Made by a program: the position numbers and the translations under genes. From Camelus ferus (taxonomy: Eukaryota), in NCBI RefSeq assembly GCF_009834535.1, contig NC_045707.1:47866001-47930000 (forward strand): 64,000 nt of DNA, in the 5' to 3' direction. Each line of letters starts with the position of its first letter. Position 1 is the stretch's first letter. A model generated the notes under the pieces. It made no database searches. It was not told the DNA's origin and saw nothing but the letters and a program-made list of their open reading frames with translations. Below, in pieces: positions 63,976-64,000 of the stretch.

Positions 63976-64000
63976 TAATAAATGGTTAAAATTTATGAAG

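Overview
AT-rich, CpG-poor mammalian intronic or intergenic DNA. A large share of it is decayed transposable elements: MIR, L2, L1/HAL1, MaLR LTRs and hAT DNA transposons. I recognise no protein-coding gene, RNA gene, CRISPR array or CpG island. The supplied ORFs are chance ORFs or L1 remnants. The young L1 3' ends are of cetartiodactyl type, and I saw no ruminant, whale or pig SINEs, which suggests a camelid (inference). The most notable items are: (1) a minus-strand TATA/Inr/splice-donor arrangement at 47.5-47.7 kb that looks like an unassigned promoter with a 52-nt non-coding first exon, plus a GATA/FOX/AP-1 motif cluster 3 kb upstream; (2) a nested transposon stack at 41.2-46.8 kb containing a fossil hAT-Blackjack transposase; (3) a tiny twin-primed (5'-inverted) L1 insertion at 2.25 kb. 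I found no convincing novel biological system. Repeat subfamily names come from recalled consensus sequences, and boundaries are approximate (about +/-30 bp) unless stated otherwise.
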